Source: an uncultured Nitrospiraceae bacterium
GTDB lineage: Bacteria; Nitrospirota; Thermodesulfovibrionia; Thermodesulfovibrionales; SM23-35
Direction of reading: 5' to 3'
Length of the DNA: 64,000 nucleotides
Assembly: GCA_963727775.1 (NCBI GenBank)
Contig: CAVSHB010000001.1
Coordinates: 896,001-960,000, forward strand
In this document: piece by piece, positions 40,527 through 51,357 of the stretch
Position numbering within the stretch: position 1 is the stretch's first letter
Layout: each line of letters opens with the position of its first letter
The notes under the pieces: generated by a model
Seen by the model: the letters and a program-made list of their open reading frames with translations, nothing else
Databases searched by the model: none
Told to the model about the DNA's origin: nothing
Translations under genes and position numbers: made by a program

Positions 40527-42442
40527 TGGACCTGGCGCATATTAAATCGCCGGAGGACCTGAAAAAGCTCTCTGCAAGGGAATTAAGAAAACTCGCCAAA
40601 GAGCTTAAGAGCACGATAATCGAGCGGGTCTCCAAGAACGGAGGCCATCTGGCGTCCAACCTCGGTGTAATAGAACTGACTATCGCCCTCCATTATGTAT
40701 TTAATTCGCCTGTAGACAAAATTATCTGGGACGTCGGTCATCAGTCATATTCACACAAACTCCTCACCGGCAGGTATGAAAAATTTGAGACTATCAGAAA
40801 ATTCGAAGGCATCTCCGGATTTCCCAAAAGAGACGAAAGCGAATATGATGCCTTCGGCACAGGCCACAGTTCTACATCGATATCGGCGGCCCTCGGAATC
40901 GCGGCAGGAAGAGACAGGAACAAAAAAGACTTCAAAGTTATAGCGGTCATAGGTGACGGGGCTTTGACGGGCGGACTTGCGTTCGAGGGATTAAACAACG
41001 CGGGACATCTCAAGAAGGACCTCATTGTAATCCTGAATGATAATGAGATGTCGATATCACGCAATGTAGGCGCTTTACCTGCGTATCTGAACAGAATAAT
41101 GACCGGGGAACTTTATCAGAGGTTCAAGAAAGACACAAAGGCCTTTCTTGAAGGGATCCCGAAACTTGGAGGGACAGCCGCGAAGATGGCCCAGAAGACG
41201 GAAGAAATGCTGAAAAGGCTTTTCCTTCCGGGAATGCTCTTTGAGGAGCTCGGATTTAATTATGTCGGTCCCTTGGACGGTCATGACATCGAACTCCTGA
41301 TAGGTACATTAAAAAGGATCAAGGGCGAATCTTCTCCCATGCTTGTGCACGTTATAACGAAGAAGGGAAAGGGATATGAATTTTCAGAGAAGGACCCTTC
41401 TCTCTTCCACGGGGTCGGACCGTTTGAACCCGAAACCGGTTCACCGTTAAGCGCAGGCCGGCGGACATATAGCGAAGTATTCGGAGACGTGCTGATTGAA
41501 CTGGCTGACAGAGACGACAGGATAGTTGCTATATCAGCCGCTATGAAAGAAGGCACAGGCCTCGACGGATTTGCAGGGAAATATCCCGGCAGGTTCTACG
41601 ATGTCGGTATTGCAGAACCCCATGCCGTGACTTTCGCGGCGGGATTGGCAACACAGGGCTTAAGACCCGTTGTCGCAATTTATTCTACGTTTCTTCAGAG
41701 GGCATATGATGAAATAATACACGATGTCTGCCTTCAGAACCTTCCGGTCATATTCGCTATCGACAGGGCGGGCATAGTCGGAGAAGACGGCCCGACCCAT
41801 AACGGGTTGTTTGACATATCCTTTCTGAGGCACATCCCGAATCTTGTTGTTATGGAGCCGAAGGATGACAGAGAATTAAGGGCCATGTTTGAGCTTGCAT
41901 TGGCGCAAAACGGTCCTGTTGCAATAAGGTATCCGAGAGGGAGAGTACAATCCATTGCCGATACCTACCCTGAGGTCGCTAAAGGCCTGTCTTCACCTTT
42001 TAAGACCGGAGAGGCGGAGGTCCTTAAAGACGGCAAAGATGTGGCTTTAATAGCCTTGGGCCATACCGTTTCCGAATCGTTATCCGCAGCCGTGAGACTC
42101 GAAAAAGAGGGCATTTCCGCGATGGTCATAAATGCGAGGTTTATTAAACCCATAGACCGTGATCTTATAACGTCCGTGGCCTCGCTCGTCCCTTTAATAA
42201 TCACTGTGGAAGAGAATGTGCTTCAAGGCGGGTTCGGAAGCTCTGTGATTGAATTCCTGAATGAGACAGAAGTCCCTCACGCAAGGGTCAGACGCATAGG
42301 TATTCAGGATATGTTTATCGAACAGGGACAGCAGAAGGAATTGAGAAAAAAATATGGTCTTGATGCTGAGGGAATATATCTGTTTGTCCTGTCTATTCTT
42401 AAAAGAGACAACCTGCAGCTGTTGAAGGCACATACCTTTTGA
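40526..42442 (+). CDS. dxs: 1-deoxy-D-xylulose-5-phosphate synthase
   Basis: GGHLASNLG, GDGA, DRAG. Confidence 0.97.
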   Translation: MDLAHIKSPEDLKKLSARELRKLAKELKSTIIERVSKNGGHLASNLGVIELTIALHYVFNSPVDKIIWDVGHQSYSHKLLTGRYEKFETIRKFEGISGFPKRDESEYDAFGTGHSSTSISAALGIAAGRDRNKKDFKVIAVIGDGALTGGLAFEGLNNAGHLKKDLIVILNDNEMSISRNVGALPAYLNRIMTGELYQRFKKDTKAFLEGIPKLGGTAAKMAQKTEEMLKRLFLPGMLFEELGFNYVGPLDGHDIELLIGTLKRIKGESSPMLVHVITKKGKGYEFSEKDPSLFHGVGPFEPETGSPLSAGRRTYSEVFGDVLIELADRDDRIVAISAAMKEGTGLDGFAGKYPGRFYDVGIAEPHAVTFAAGLATQGLRPVVAIYSTFLQRAYDEIIHDVCLQNLPVIFAIDRAGIVGEDGPTHNGLFDISFLRHIPNLVVMEPKDDRELRAMFELALAQNGPVAIRYPRGRVQSIADTYPEVAKGLSSPFKTGEAEVLKDGKDVALIALGHTVSESLSAAVRLEKEGISAMVINARFIKPIDRDLITSVASLVPLIITVEENVLQGGFGSSVIEFLNETEVPHARVRRIGIQDMFIEQGQQKELRKKYGLDAEGIYLFVLSILKRDNLQLLKAHTF

Positions 42443-43260
42443 AGGACAGATTAGACAAAATTCTTGTTCTGAAAGGTCTTGTAAAGAGCAGAGAGACGGC
42501 AAGGGCTTTTATCATGGAAGGCAAGGTCCTTGTTGATAACCATAAATTAACAAAGGCAGGCAGTCTTGTCGATGAAACTTCAGATATAGTTCTTAAGGAC
42601 GCAGAACCGCCATATGTAAGCAGGGGAGGTCTGAAACTTGAAGCCGCGCTGGATTATTTTCATATCGGAGCAGAAGATAAAATTGTTATGGATGTCGGTT
42701 CTTCAACAGGCGGTTTTACGGACTGTTTATTGAAAAGAGGAGCAAAAAAAATATACGCTGTCGATGTAGGTTATGGACAGCTTGCCTGGTCTTTGAGAAA
42801 TGATCCGAGAGTCGTACTTATGGAGAGGACGAATATAAGGTATCTCGAGCAGCTGGTCCTGGAAAAGGCTGCACCGGCCACAAAGGAGATATCGAGATTC
42901 AGGGGGCGTGAGTTCGAAGACCTTGTAAAAGGAAATATCGACATGGCTTCGATAGACGTTTCGTTTATCTCTCTGACAAAGGTCGTACCCACAGTGATGA
43001 AGTTTCTTAAAGCAGAGGGCGAAGTTGTCGCATTGGTCAAGCCGCAGTTTGAGGTCGGCAAAGGCGAGGTGGGCAAGGGCGGAATTGTAAGAGAAGAAGA
43101 AAAAAGGGTGCAGGCTGTAAAAGCGGTGAGGGAAGATCTGGAAAAAAACGGCCTCAGCACTATCGGTATTTTTCAATCCCCTGTCGTGGGACAAAAAGGG
43201 AATGTGGAATATTTTTTGTATATGAAGAAGGTCGCCCCTTGGAAGATGAAAGATATTTAA
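42439..43260 (+). CDS. tlyA: TlyA rRNA methyltransferase
   Basis: S4 domain, VSRGGLKL, GSSTGGFTD, KPQFE. Confidence 0.93.
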   Translation: MKDRLDKILVLKGLVKSRETARAFIMEGKVLVDNHKLTKAGSLVDETSDIVLKDAEPPYVSRGGLKLEAALDYFHIGAEDKIVMDVGSSTGGFTDCLLKRGAKKIYAVDVGYGQLAWSLRNDPRVVLMERTNIRYLEQLVLEKAAPATKEISRFRGREFEDLVKGNIDMASIDVSFISLTKVVPTVMKFLKAEGEVVALVKPQFEVGKGEVGKGGIVREEEKRVQAVKAVREDLEKNGLSTIGIFQSPVVGQKGNVEYFLYMKKVAPWKMKDI

Positions 43261-43916
43261 TAGGAATTGATTTAGCGACCGCATCACAATTGGTCATAGA
43301 ACTGCTTATTGAAGACGCTTCGGACTCGTCGGTATTTCAGGAGATTGCCAAGGCGAATATAAACAGGCCCGATGTCCTGAAGCTTCTTCTCGAATATCCT
43401 GACACGCCTGATGAGGTCAGAAGTCAGATTACAGTCTCCCTGAATGTTCCGGCAAAACCGAAATCGGAAATCCTCAGGACACACAAGACACCCGAGGAGC
43501 GCGCCTTGACTATCCTCCAGAGGATACAGAGATTAAGCGTTTCCGAGAAGATTCAGCTTGCACTCAGGGGAGGGAAGGAAATAAGGAATATTCTCCTGCG
43601 TGACCCGAATAAGGAAGTATCGCTTACTGTTTTGCAAAACCCCAAAATCACCGAAACGGAAATAGAGCTGGTCGCCAAATCCCGGTCGATAAGCGAAGAG
43701 GCGCTGAGGAGGATAACAAAGAAGAGGGAATGGATGAAGAATTACAATGTGGTTTATGCCCTTGTGACGAACCCTAAGACTCCTCCGGGAATCGCCCTTA
43801 CCCTTGTCGGCGAAATAAAAACAAAGGACCTTGGAGTACTTGAGAAAAACAAAAACGTGACAGAGGGGATCCGCGCCACTGCAAAGAAGCTTCTTCGGGC
43901 AAGAAAAGCACATTAA
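43239..43916 (+). CDS. conserved hypothetical helical protein
   Basis: EKIQLALRG, NPKIT, LVTNPKTP repeats. Confidence 0.75.
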   Translation: MEDERYLIGIDLATASQLVIELLIEDASDSSVFQEIAKANINRPDVLKLLLEYPDTPDEVRSQITVSLNVPAKPKSEILRTHKTPEERALTILQRIQRLSVSEKIQLALRGGKEIRNILLRDPNKEVSLTVLQNPKITETEIELVAKSRSISEEALRRITKKREWMKNYNVVYALVTNPKTPPGIALTLVGEIKTKDLGVLEKNKNVTEGIRATAKKLLRARKAH

Positions 43917-44074
43917 GAGAAACTGTCTGAACCCTCTTGCAAATTTTTTTTAAATACCGTTAAATAAAAATTTGACTGTTGCGTCTGAATACGATTTCAA
44001 TATAGGATTTCCGGGAGCTCAATTCAGGGTTCGATATGATCCTGTAATTAAAAGAATAAGTTTTTGAGGTAATA

Positions 44075-45238
44075 ATGCTGAGGACTTTTAAAATAGAAAA
44101 ATTTCACGCGGGCATCGTTCCCGAATCGACATTGTTTAAGACATTAAAGTATCTTGATAAGGAAGATATCGAGACCCCGTTCCTCCTTATCGACGGCGAC
44201 AAGGTCAGAGAAAAAGCGTCCATGATCGGGAGACATATCAGGAATTCCAGAATGTTTTATGCCGTTAAGGCGAATCCCGATATCGGAATAATAAAGTTTC
44301 TCAACAAAGCGGGAGTCGGCTTTGAGATAGCATCCGAGGGAGAACTGGAAATACTTGCCTCAATAAACGTCGGACCGGAGAGGATTATATCGAGCAATCC
44401 CGTCAAGTCTTTGAAGTTTTTAAGAAAGGCCGCCTCTTATGGCGTGAATTATTTTGCGTTTGATTCGGAAGCCGAAATAGAGAAACTTGCGAAATACATT
44501 CCTTGGTGCAACGTTTATATCAGGCTTTCAGTCCCCAATGAAGGCAGTGAATGGCCGCTGAGCAAGAAATTCGGAGTAGAGCTTGATGAAGCTTTGACAC
44601 TTCTGTGCCGCGCAAGGGACAGGAGACTGAATCCTGTCGGTATTACATTTCACGTCGGTTCCCAGTGTACGAATATTTACAACTGGAATAATGCACTCGA
44701 TAAAGCAAAGATGCTATGGGATGAGGCGGAAAAGAAGGGGATAAAACTTGAGATTTTGAATATAGGCGGCGGATATCCCATAAACTATACCAAAAATGTG
44801 GTCGGCATCGAAGCAATAGAAAAGAATGTGAATACAAGAATTTATGATAGATTCCCGGAAGACACAAAGATATATATCGAGCCGGGCAGAGCGGTTGTGG
44901 GGGACGCAGGAATATTTGTGACAACCGTGATCGGTAAGGCCAAGAGAGAGGACAAAGACTGGCTATATATTGACGTGGGAGTCTTTAACGGGCTTATGGA
45001 AAGCGTCGGTGGAATTAAGTACAGTTATATTATTGAGGATTCAAAGCATACAAGACATAAGAAACAGTGGACAGTGGCAGGCCCGAGCTGTGACAGTTTT
45101 GATGTCATAGACCAGAATGTGACACTTCCCGAACCCCTTGTAGGCAACCTGGTACTTATTTTGTCAAGCGGCGCGTACACTGTCTCATATGCTTCGGAGT
45201 TTAACGGTTTTTCCATACCCAAAACGATTCTTATATAG
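44075..45238 (+). CDS. ornithine/lysine decarboxylase (type III PLP)
   Basis: YAVKAN, FHVGSQ, EPGR, GPSCDS. Confidence 0.9.
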   Translation: MLRTFKIEKFHAGIVPESTLFKTLKYLDKEDIETPFLLIDGDKVREKASMIGRHIRNSRMFYAVKANPDIGIIKFLNKAGVGFEIASEGELEILASINVGPERIISSNPVKSLKFLRKAASYGVNYFAFDSEAEIEKLAKYIPWCNVYIRLSVPNEGSEWPLSKKFGVELDEALTLLCRARDRRLNPVGITFHVGSQCTNIYNWNNALDKAKMLWDEAEKKGIKLEILNIGGGYPINYTKNVVGIEAIEKNVNTRIYDRFPEDTKIYIEPGRAVVGDAGIFVTTVIGKAKREDKDWLYIDVGVFNGLMESVGGIKYSYIIEDSKHTRHKKQWTVAGPSCDSFDVIDQNVTLPEPLVGNLVLILSSGAYTVSYASEFNGFSIPKTILI

Positions 45239-45251
45239 AGAAAGGACAAGA

Positions 45252-46091
45252 ATGATTAAATTTACTGAAAAGGCGCCCTACGCCCCGGTGGAATATTTAT
45301 ACGATGTCGAGGACATTCTTCATAAAAGCAAAAGCAAGTTTCAGGAAATTATGGTAATAAAGAACCCGTATTACGGCAAGATGCTCATCCTTGACGATGT
45401 CGTCCAGATAACCGAACGCGATGAATTCTTCTACCATGAAATGCTTACCCATGTCGCAATGCATGCGCATCCCAACCCCAGGAAGGTCATAGTTATCGGC
45501 GGCGGAGACGGCGGGGTCGTAAGAGAGGTTTTAAAACATGAAACTGTCGAGAAGGTATATTTTATAGAAATAGACGAGGAAGTTATCAATGTTTCAAAAA
45601 AGTTTTTCCCTGCGGTGTCCTCGGGGGTTGACGATCCCCGTGTCGAAATTAAGGTTATGGACGGAGCCGATTTTGTGGCTAAAGCAAAAGCCGACGATAT
45701 CGACGCAGTAATAATAGACTCTACGGATATTATCGGTTTTGCGAGAAGTCTTTTTACAACGGAATTTTTTGCAGCCGTAAAAAAGTGTCTTACCAGGGAA
45801 GGCCTGTTTGTTACGCATACAGAATCACTCCATTTTCATAAGGACATGGTCATAGAGATACAGGAGATACTGAAAAAGGTGTTCCCTATAGTCGACCTTT
45901 TCAGCGCTCCGATCGCAACATATCCCGGTAACTGGTGGGCGTTTGCGATTGCGTCGAAAGGTATTTCACCAAGGGACCTAATGCATGAATATAAGATAAG
46001 GACAAAATATTATAGCGACGAGATACATCGGCAGGCATTTATGCCCAAAGGCATGTATGAGAAACTGATGAATAAAGCCTTGGAGTGGTAA
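45252..46091 (+). CDS. speE: polyamine aminopropyltransferase (spermidine synthase)
   Basis: YHEML, IGGGDGG, IIDSTD. Confidence 0.93.
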   Translation: MIKFTEKAPYAPVEYLYDVEDILHKSKSKFQEIMVIKNPYYGKMLILDDVVQITERDEFFYHEMLTHVAMHAHPNPRKVIVIGGGDGGVVREVLKHETVEKVYFIEIDEEVINVSKKFFPAVSSGVDDPRVEIKVMDGADFVAKAKADDIDAVIIDSTDIIGFARSLFTTEFFAAVKKCLTREGLFVTHTESLHFHKDMVIEIQEILKKVFPIVDLFSAPIATYPGNWWAFAIASKGISPRDLMHEYKIRTKYYSDEIHRQAFMPKGMYEKLMNKALEW

Positions 46092-46155
46092 GTTCAGACA
46101 ATAGTGCAGCTTTGTGTTATATTAAATAATCAGGTTTTTAAGGAGGTCATTTGCA

Positions 46156-46416
46156 ATGCCCATATATGAGTATGAATGCTTTGATTGCGGAAGGCATCGT
46201 GAGGTAATTCAGAAGTTCAGTGATGAGCTGTTAAGTGTCTGTCCTGAATGCGGCGGGCATCTACATAAATTGATTTCCCATAATTCTTTTATCCTAAAAG
46301 GCACAGGATGGTACGTTACGGATTATGCTTCACAGGATCGGAAAAACACTACAAAGACTGAAGGTACCCCTGTGACGAAAGCCGAACCTAAGACAGAGAC
46401 TGCAGCCAAGAATTAA
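46156..46416 (+). CDS. FmdB-family zinc ribbon protein
   Basis: MPIYEYEC..C, CPECGG, KGTGWY. Confidence 0.88.
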   Translation: MPIYEYECFDCGRHREVIQKFSDELLSVCPECGGHLHKLISHNSFILKGTGWYVTDYASQDRKNTTKTEGTPVTKAEPKTETAAKN

Positions 46417-47171
46417 TGGTAAATCCTCATGTCCATGTTCCTTACCACAGGATAGGGGATTATCTTGGATTTATACAGGAAAACCGCATCGACCTCGAGA
46501 TATTTTTTTCTTCTCAGTCCCTTGACTGCGGCGGCAACGCCGGTATTTCAGGGCTCAAAGAAAGACTCGGTTACAATCCTTCTTTTACAATCCACGCGCC
46601 GTTTATGGACCTCTCGCCGGGTGCAGTCGACTCTAAGGTAAGGAAGATTACCCTTGAAAGATTTTCACATATCTTTGACATTGCGGAGATCCTGAGTCCC
46701 AAGGCGATTGTCTTCCATTCGGGATACGAGAAATGGAAATATGAGCTGAGGACCGACGTATGGCTTGAAAACAGTTTGAAGACCTGGGAAGTCTTAATTA
46801 AAAGGGCTGTTGATTTGGGTGTGAAGATAGCCATCGAGAATATTTTTGAGGATGACCCTGACAACCTCAGACTTCTCATGGAGGCGATGGTCTCCGAATA
46901 TTTCGGAATCTGCTTTGATACGGGCCACTTCAATCTGTTTTCAAAAATACCTCTCAAGGAATGGCTTGAGCAGCTGAAGCCTTATATAATCGAACTGCAC
47001 CTTCATGATAACAATAAAGCCTTTGATGAGCACATTGCCATAGGCGACGGCACATTCGACTTTGCTGAGCTTTTTTCGTATTTGAAGGATAAAGACCTGA
47101 TTTATACCATTGAAGGCCATACACCTGAGGATGTTCTGAAGAGCATTGAAAGGTTAAAGTCTTATTTCTGA
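46416..47171 (+). CDS. sugar phosphate isomerase/epimerase (TIM barrel)
   Basis: HAPF, IEN, DTGH, HLHDN. Confidence 0.85.
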   Translation: MVNPHVHVPYHRIGDYLGFIQENRIDLEIFFSSQSLDCGGNAGISGLKERLGYNPSFTIHAPFMDLSPGAVDSKVRKITLERFSHIFDIAEILSPKAIVFHSGYEKWKYELRTDVWLENSLKTWEVLIKRAVDLGVKIAIENIFEDDPDNLRLLMEAMVSEYFGICFDTGHFNLFSKIPLKEWLEQLKPYIIELHLHDNNKAFDEHIAIGDGTFDFAELFSYLKDKDLIYTIEGHTPEDVLKSIERLKSYF

Positions 47172-47278
47172 TTCTTCATTGCTCTGCATGATATAATTGT
47201 GCTGAATATACATTTAAATTGATAGTAATGATCCGCCGGAGGTAGATAAACTGGACTACTTGGAACAATGAGACCCTT

Positions 47279-48312
47279 ATGAGGGGAATTCTACGAATCG
47301 CATACAAACTGCTTGTAAACGACAAAGGCAAATTCGTTGCTTTGCTCGTCGGAATAACCTTTGCTGTCTTTTTGATGGTTATGATGACTTCGATGTTTTC
47401 CGGCATATTATACAGATCATCATCCACTGTAATAAACATCGGAGCCAAGATTTGGGTCATGGATCCGGCGGTGAATAATGTTGCAAACACAATACCTATC
47501 AATCAGTAACTATCGTTGGGTTGGACGATACCAGTCTATTCGGCAGGCCGGAACTCATAGAAGGAAAAATTGAGGATATCTATGCAGAAAACGCTTTTAT
47601 AGTAGTTAAGGATTCGGAATACCCCAAACTTGATAATCCGAAGATCGGAACGGAATTCGAGCTAAATGACCACAGGGGAGTCATCACAGGTATCGCCAAA
47701 GCCGTTACAGGCGGATTATTCGGAACACCTACACTTTATACCACATATAAGAGAGCCCTTCAATACATACCTTCCACGAGATATACCATTTCATACGTTC
47801 TGGTAGAACCCAAGAGCGATGATGCAGTGCAATACATTAAACAGCAAGTGAGTTCGCTTGGGTATCTGGCGTTGACGGCAGATGAATTCAAGCAGAGAAT
47901 CTCTAATTTTTATAAATACCAGACAGGCGTTGGAACTAATGTTCTCATAATGACCATAATAAGTTTTATCGTGGGCTTATCTATTTCCCGGCAGACCTTT
48001 CATACATTTATCCAGGAGAACCTTGATAAATTCGGGGCTCTAAAAGCGATCGGGGCCAAAGGAAAAGAGCTTGTCTATATGATATTATTTCAGGCGACGC
48101 TTACGGCCCTCATCGGTTATGGATTGGGTATCGGACTGGCTTCCCTCTTGATAGCCCTGGCGAAACTCAGGTTGCCCAGCTACGCAGCCAAAATAGCCTA
48201 TACAAATCTCGGGCTCGCTTTTATCATGGTACTTATAATAGCCGGCATTTCGAGTTATATCGGAGTAAGAAAGGTTATCAAGATAGAGCCTTTCGATATT
48301 TTCAGAGGGTAA
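47279..48312 (+). pseudogene. ABC (MacB/DevC-type) permease with internal deletion and frameshift
   Basis: Two fragments; frame changes near 47495. Confidence 0.8.
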
Positions 48313-48313
48313 T

Positions 48314-48826
48314 ATGGTTAATCTGGCAGTTAAAGCAAATGAATTGGTTAAATGGTTTGGGGAAGGAGAAGCCAGAACATATGCCGTGAGAGAGGTAAGT
48401 TTTGAAGCCTACTTTGGGGAAATGCTGTATATTGAAGGGCCGTCAGGCAGCGGCAAGACAACTTTGCTGAGCATGATCTCGGAAATTCTCAGACCCAATT
48501 CGGGCAATGTAGTGGTAGATAATAAAGATATCTGGAGTTTGACGAGTGATCAAATTGCCGATTTCAGATTGCATACGGTAGGATTCGTGTTTCAGGATTA
48601 TCATCTCTTTCCACGGCTGACCACGGTCGAGAATGTAGCAATTCCCCTGATTCTGAAAAAGCTCGACTGGGACGAAGCCATAAAAATCGCTATGGAGTAT
48701 CTGGAAATAGTAGGGCTTAAAGAAAGAGCATACCTTACTCCAGTCAAGTTAAGCGGAGGGGAGCAGCAGCGGGTGGCGATTGCGAGAGCCATCGCCAGTC
48801 GTCCTGATATTTTGATATTGGATGAA
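48314..48826 (+). pseudogene. ABC ATPase truncated at Walker B
   Basis: GPSGSGKT, LSGGEQQR, ILDE, then joins HlyD sequence; H-loop missing. Confidence 0.8.
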
Positions 48827-49551
48827 CTCAAGGCCCAGCCCAGAAAAGAGACTCTTGAAATTGCAAAAGCCCAGGTAGAGTCTGCGAGCGCAAGCCTCAA
48901 AAGCGCGCAGGATCAACTGGATAAGCATATGAACTGAACCCGAAATCGGTGAGTAAGGACGCTTTGGATAACGCAGAAAATGCGTTCAAAGTGGCAAAAG
49001 CAAACCTTGAAATTGTCCGTAAGCAATACGAACTCACCAAAGCCGGGGCCTGGATTTATGATATAAAAAACCAGGAAAATCAGTATGCTGCGTTGTTAAA
49101 AGCCTACACTGCATCAAATGCGCTACTGTACAAATATACCGTAAGAGCGCCAATTGATGGAGCAGTTTTGGCGATAAATATAGCGGTAGGTAACTATATA
49201 TCTTCACAAGGGGCATATGATACTTACACACAAGGATTGGCCCCTGTCATCGTAATGGGCAGTTCTGAAAACTTAATAGGAGTCAGATGTTATATTGATG
49301 AAATACTGTTGCACAGACTGCCTCAAGGAACACAAATGAAGGCGCAAATGTTCATTCGGGGTACGAATATCAGCATTCCTCTGGAATATGTGCGGGTACA
49401 ACCCTATGTATCGCCTAAAATTGAATTGTCGAACCAGAGGACTGAAAGGGTAGACCAAAGAGTATTGCCGGTAATATTCAGGTTTAAAAAGTCGAAAGAT
49501 ATTCAGCTCTATCCCGGCCAATTGGTGGATGTGTATATTGCAGAGAAATAA
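48827..49551 (+). pseudogene. HlyD-family adaptor lacking its N-terminus, frameshifted
   Basis: Coiled coil, VRAPIDG, PGQLVDVYI. Confidence 0.75.
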
Positions 49552-49554
49552 TAT

Positions 49555-49782
49555 GCTCAGTCGCAAGCATTAAAAGCATCAGAAGAAGCGCTGCGACTAA
49601 TCCAGACAAATTATGAGGCCGGCACCGCCGGCTATCTGCAGGTGCTTGTTGCAGATAATCAGTACCATCAGGCGAAGATAGGCTATCTCCAGGCACTGGC
49701 CCAGCGCTTTCAAGACACTGTCGCATTTTTTGTTGTTCTTGGTGGTGGCTGGTGGAACATTAATGAAATAGTCACAAAGTGA
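49555..49782 (+). pseudogene. TolC/NodT outer membrane factor, C-terminal fragment
   Basis: YEAG...YLQVL...LGGGWW with no start. Confidence 0.75.
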
Positions 49783-49854
49783 TACGTCAGAGGACGCGTT
49801 GTGTTTGCAATAATTTCATGACATATTGTCCAGAAGCGCCGGTTGTTGAGTTAA

Positions 49855-50973
49855 TTACAAAGTATCTTTCTGATTCTTCATGGCAAACCCTCTGAGTGAG
49901 GGGCTGCCTTTGCCTTTATATTGGACCATAACCTTGTGTGTTTCACCGAGGGTCCCGGGGAATATCAATCTCTTTATTTTCGAAACTTCGAAAAGATAAT
50001 CAACGGAATCAGAATAGAGTTCCTGAATGAGCTCATCTATACCAAGGGAAATTAAAAAAGTGCCTTGCCGGCAAAAACCGATGGTCATGATCCCGAGGTC
50101 TTCTCCCCATTTCTTTACCGACGAAAAATTGACATGTGCAGTAATATCCTGTTCCCCGATATTGCGATATGGGTCTTCAGTCGCTTGGTGTTTGAAATAG
50201 CACAGCAGTGTTCCCCGGTTTCTGTCTTCGCTGTAGTAATCCCATGAGGGGAACCCATAGTCTATCGTAAATATAAACCCCTCCGATAAAATCTTGTCGG
50301 CTGACCTTATCCAGTCCCTGACCCTCAGATTAATCTCGGTCCGGTAACCTTTGGGAAGGTTTATGGAAAATTCATCCAGATAACCTTTCAATTCAAAAGT
50401 CCGTGGTCGCGCCTTCGTCTCGTAAAACGAACCGTTCTGAATATTTATATAAACCTCTTTAAGTTCTTCTTCCATCTCGACAAGATGCACGGGAAATGCA
50501 TCCAGGAGCTCATTTGAAAGGATACAGCCTTTTATCGCATTTAGTTTTGTCAGAGAGGAAACCCATTTCACTTTGCCGGAATATTTGTCGAGTAATTTTT
50601 CCTGCCTGTTCTGCATGAACGGATTCAGTTCAACAATTACATAAATCAATGAACGAAAAATCTCTCTCTGGTGAAGATAATTCAGGATGTCCATGCATAA
50701 GATCCCGGCGCCTGCACCAGGTTCAACAGCGAAAAACTCCTGAGGTCTGCCCATGATCTCCCACATCTCTTCGAGTTGCTTTCCTATCATTGCTCCGAAC
50801 GCGGGGTGAAGATGCTGGCTTGTATAAAAATCGCCTGCTTTGCCTATCTCGGTGCCGGCCGATGTGTAATATCCGAACTCCGGATCATAGAGCGCCATCT
50901 CCATGAAGGTATCAAAAGTAATCGGACCTTCATTTTTTATTTTTTCTGCTATTTTTTGCTCAATAGGATTCAT
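49855..50973 (-). CDS. SAM-dependent methyltransferase, MidA/NDUFAF7 family
   Basis: GYY, GDFYTS, SNELLDAFP, DYG, DITAHVNF. Confidence 0.9.
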   Translation of the reverse strand: MNPIEQKIAEKIKNEGPITFDTFMEMALYDPEFGYYTSAGTEIGKAGDFYTSQHLHPAFGAMIGKQLEEMWEIMGRPQEFFAVEPGAGAGILCMDILNYLHQREIFRSLIYVIVELNPFMQNRQEKLLDKYSGKVKWVSSLTKLNAIKGCILSNELLDAFPVHLVEMEEELKEVYINIQNGSFYETKARPRTFELKGYLDEFSINLPKGYRTEINLRVRDWIRSADKILSEGFIFTIDYGFPSWDYYSEDRNRGTLLCYFKHQATEDPYRNIGEQDITAHVNFSSVKKWGEDLGIMTIGFCRQGTFLISLGIDELIQELYSDSVDYLFEVSKIKRLIFPGTLGETHKVMVQYKGKGSPSLRGFAMKNQKDTL

Positions 50974-51144
50974 GATTTATTATATTCCAAAATTAATCCA
51001 TTCAATAAATAGTTTAATCGATAAGCAATAGGATAGTTAATCTAAAAAAGCATGAAATTGCTGATTTTCTCAAAACATGCATGAAAAAAAGTAGCCCCCA
51101 AAAACATTCTTGACAATTTTTATCGGCAGGAATAAATTATAACC

Positions 51145-51280
51145 AAATAGCAGCCGAGATCCATTCAAGGAATGGATGCGGGGGACCCAAAGTATGGGGC
51201 GTATTTCCCGGGAAGTCCGGGGATAGGGTACTTTCAAACCCGAGTCCGACAGCTAACCTCGCAGGCATTTGAAAGGGCAA
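51145..51280 (+). ncRNA. cyclic di-AMP (ydaO) riboswitch
   Basis: GCGGGGGACCCA...TGGGGCG...AGGG...CCCGAGTCCGACAGCTAACCTCGCAGGC resembles the ydaO consensus; upstream of kimA. Confidence 0.88.
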
Positions 51281-51292
51281 TAGACAGAAATT

Positions 51293-51325
51293 AAACCGCT
51301 GCCCTGCCGGCGGTTTTTATTTTCT
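51293..51325 (+). terminator. intrinsic terminator of the riboswitch expression platform
   Basis: AAACCGCTG / CGGCGGTTT hairpin followed by T-rich tract. Confidence 0.75.
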
Positions 51326-51357
51326 CCTCTATCTTGCCCTCAAAGGAGAGAATAGAA

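Noticed and set aside
42845..42935. Apparent ~20-aa insertion in TlyA as a repeat-derived element
   Set aside because: No periodicity or flanking repeats visible; needs an alignment
48314..48937. Novel ABC ATPase-coiled-coil fusion
   Set aside because: Deletion junction in a decayed operon
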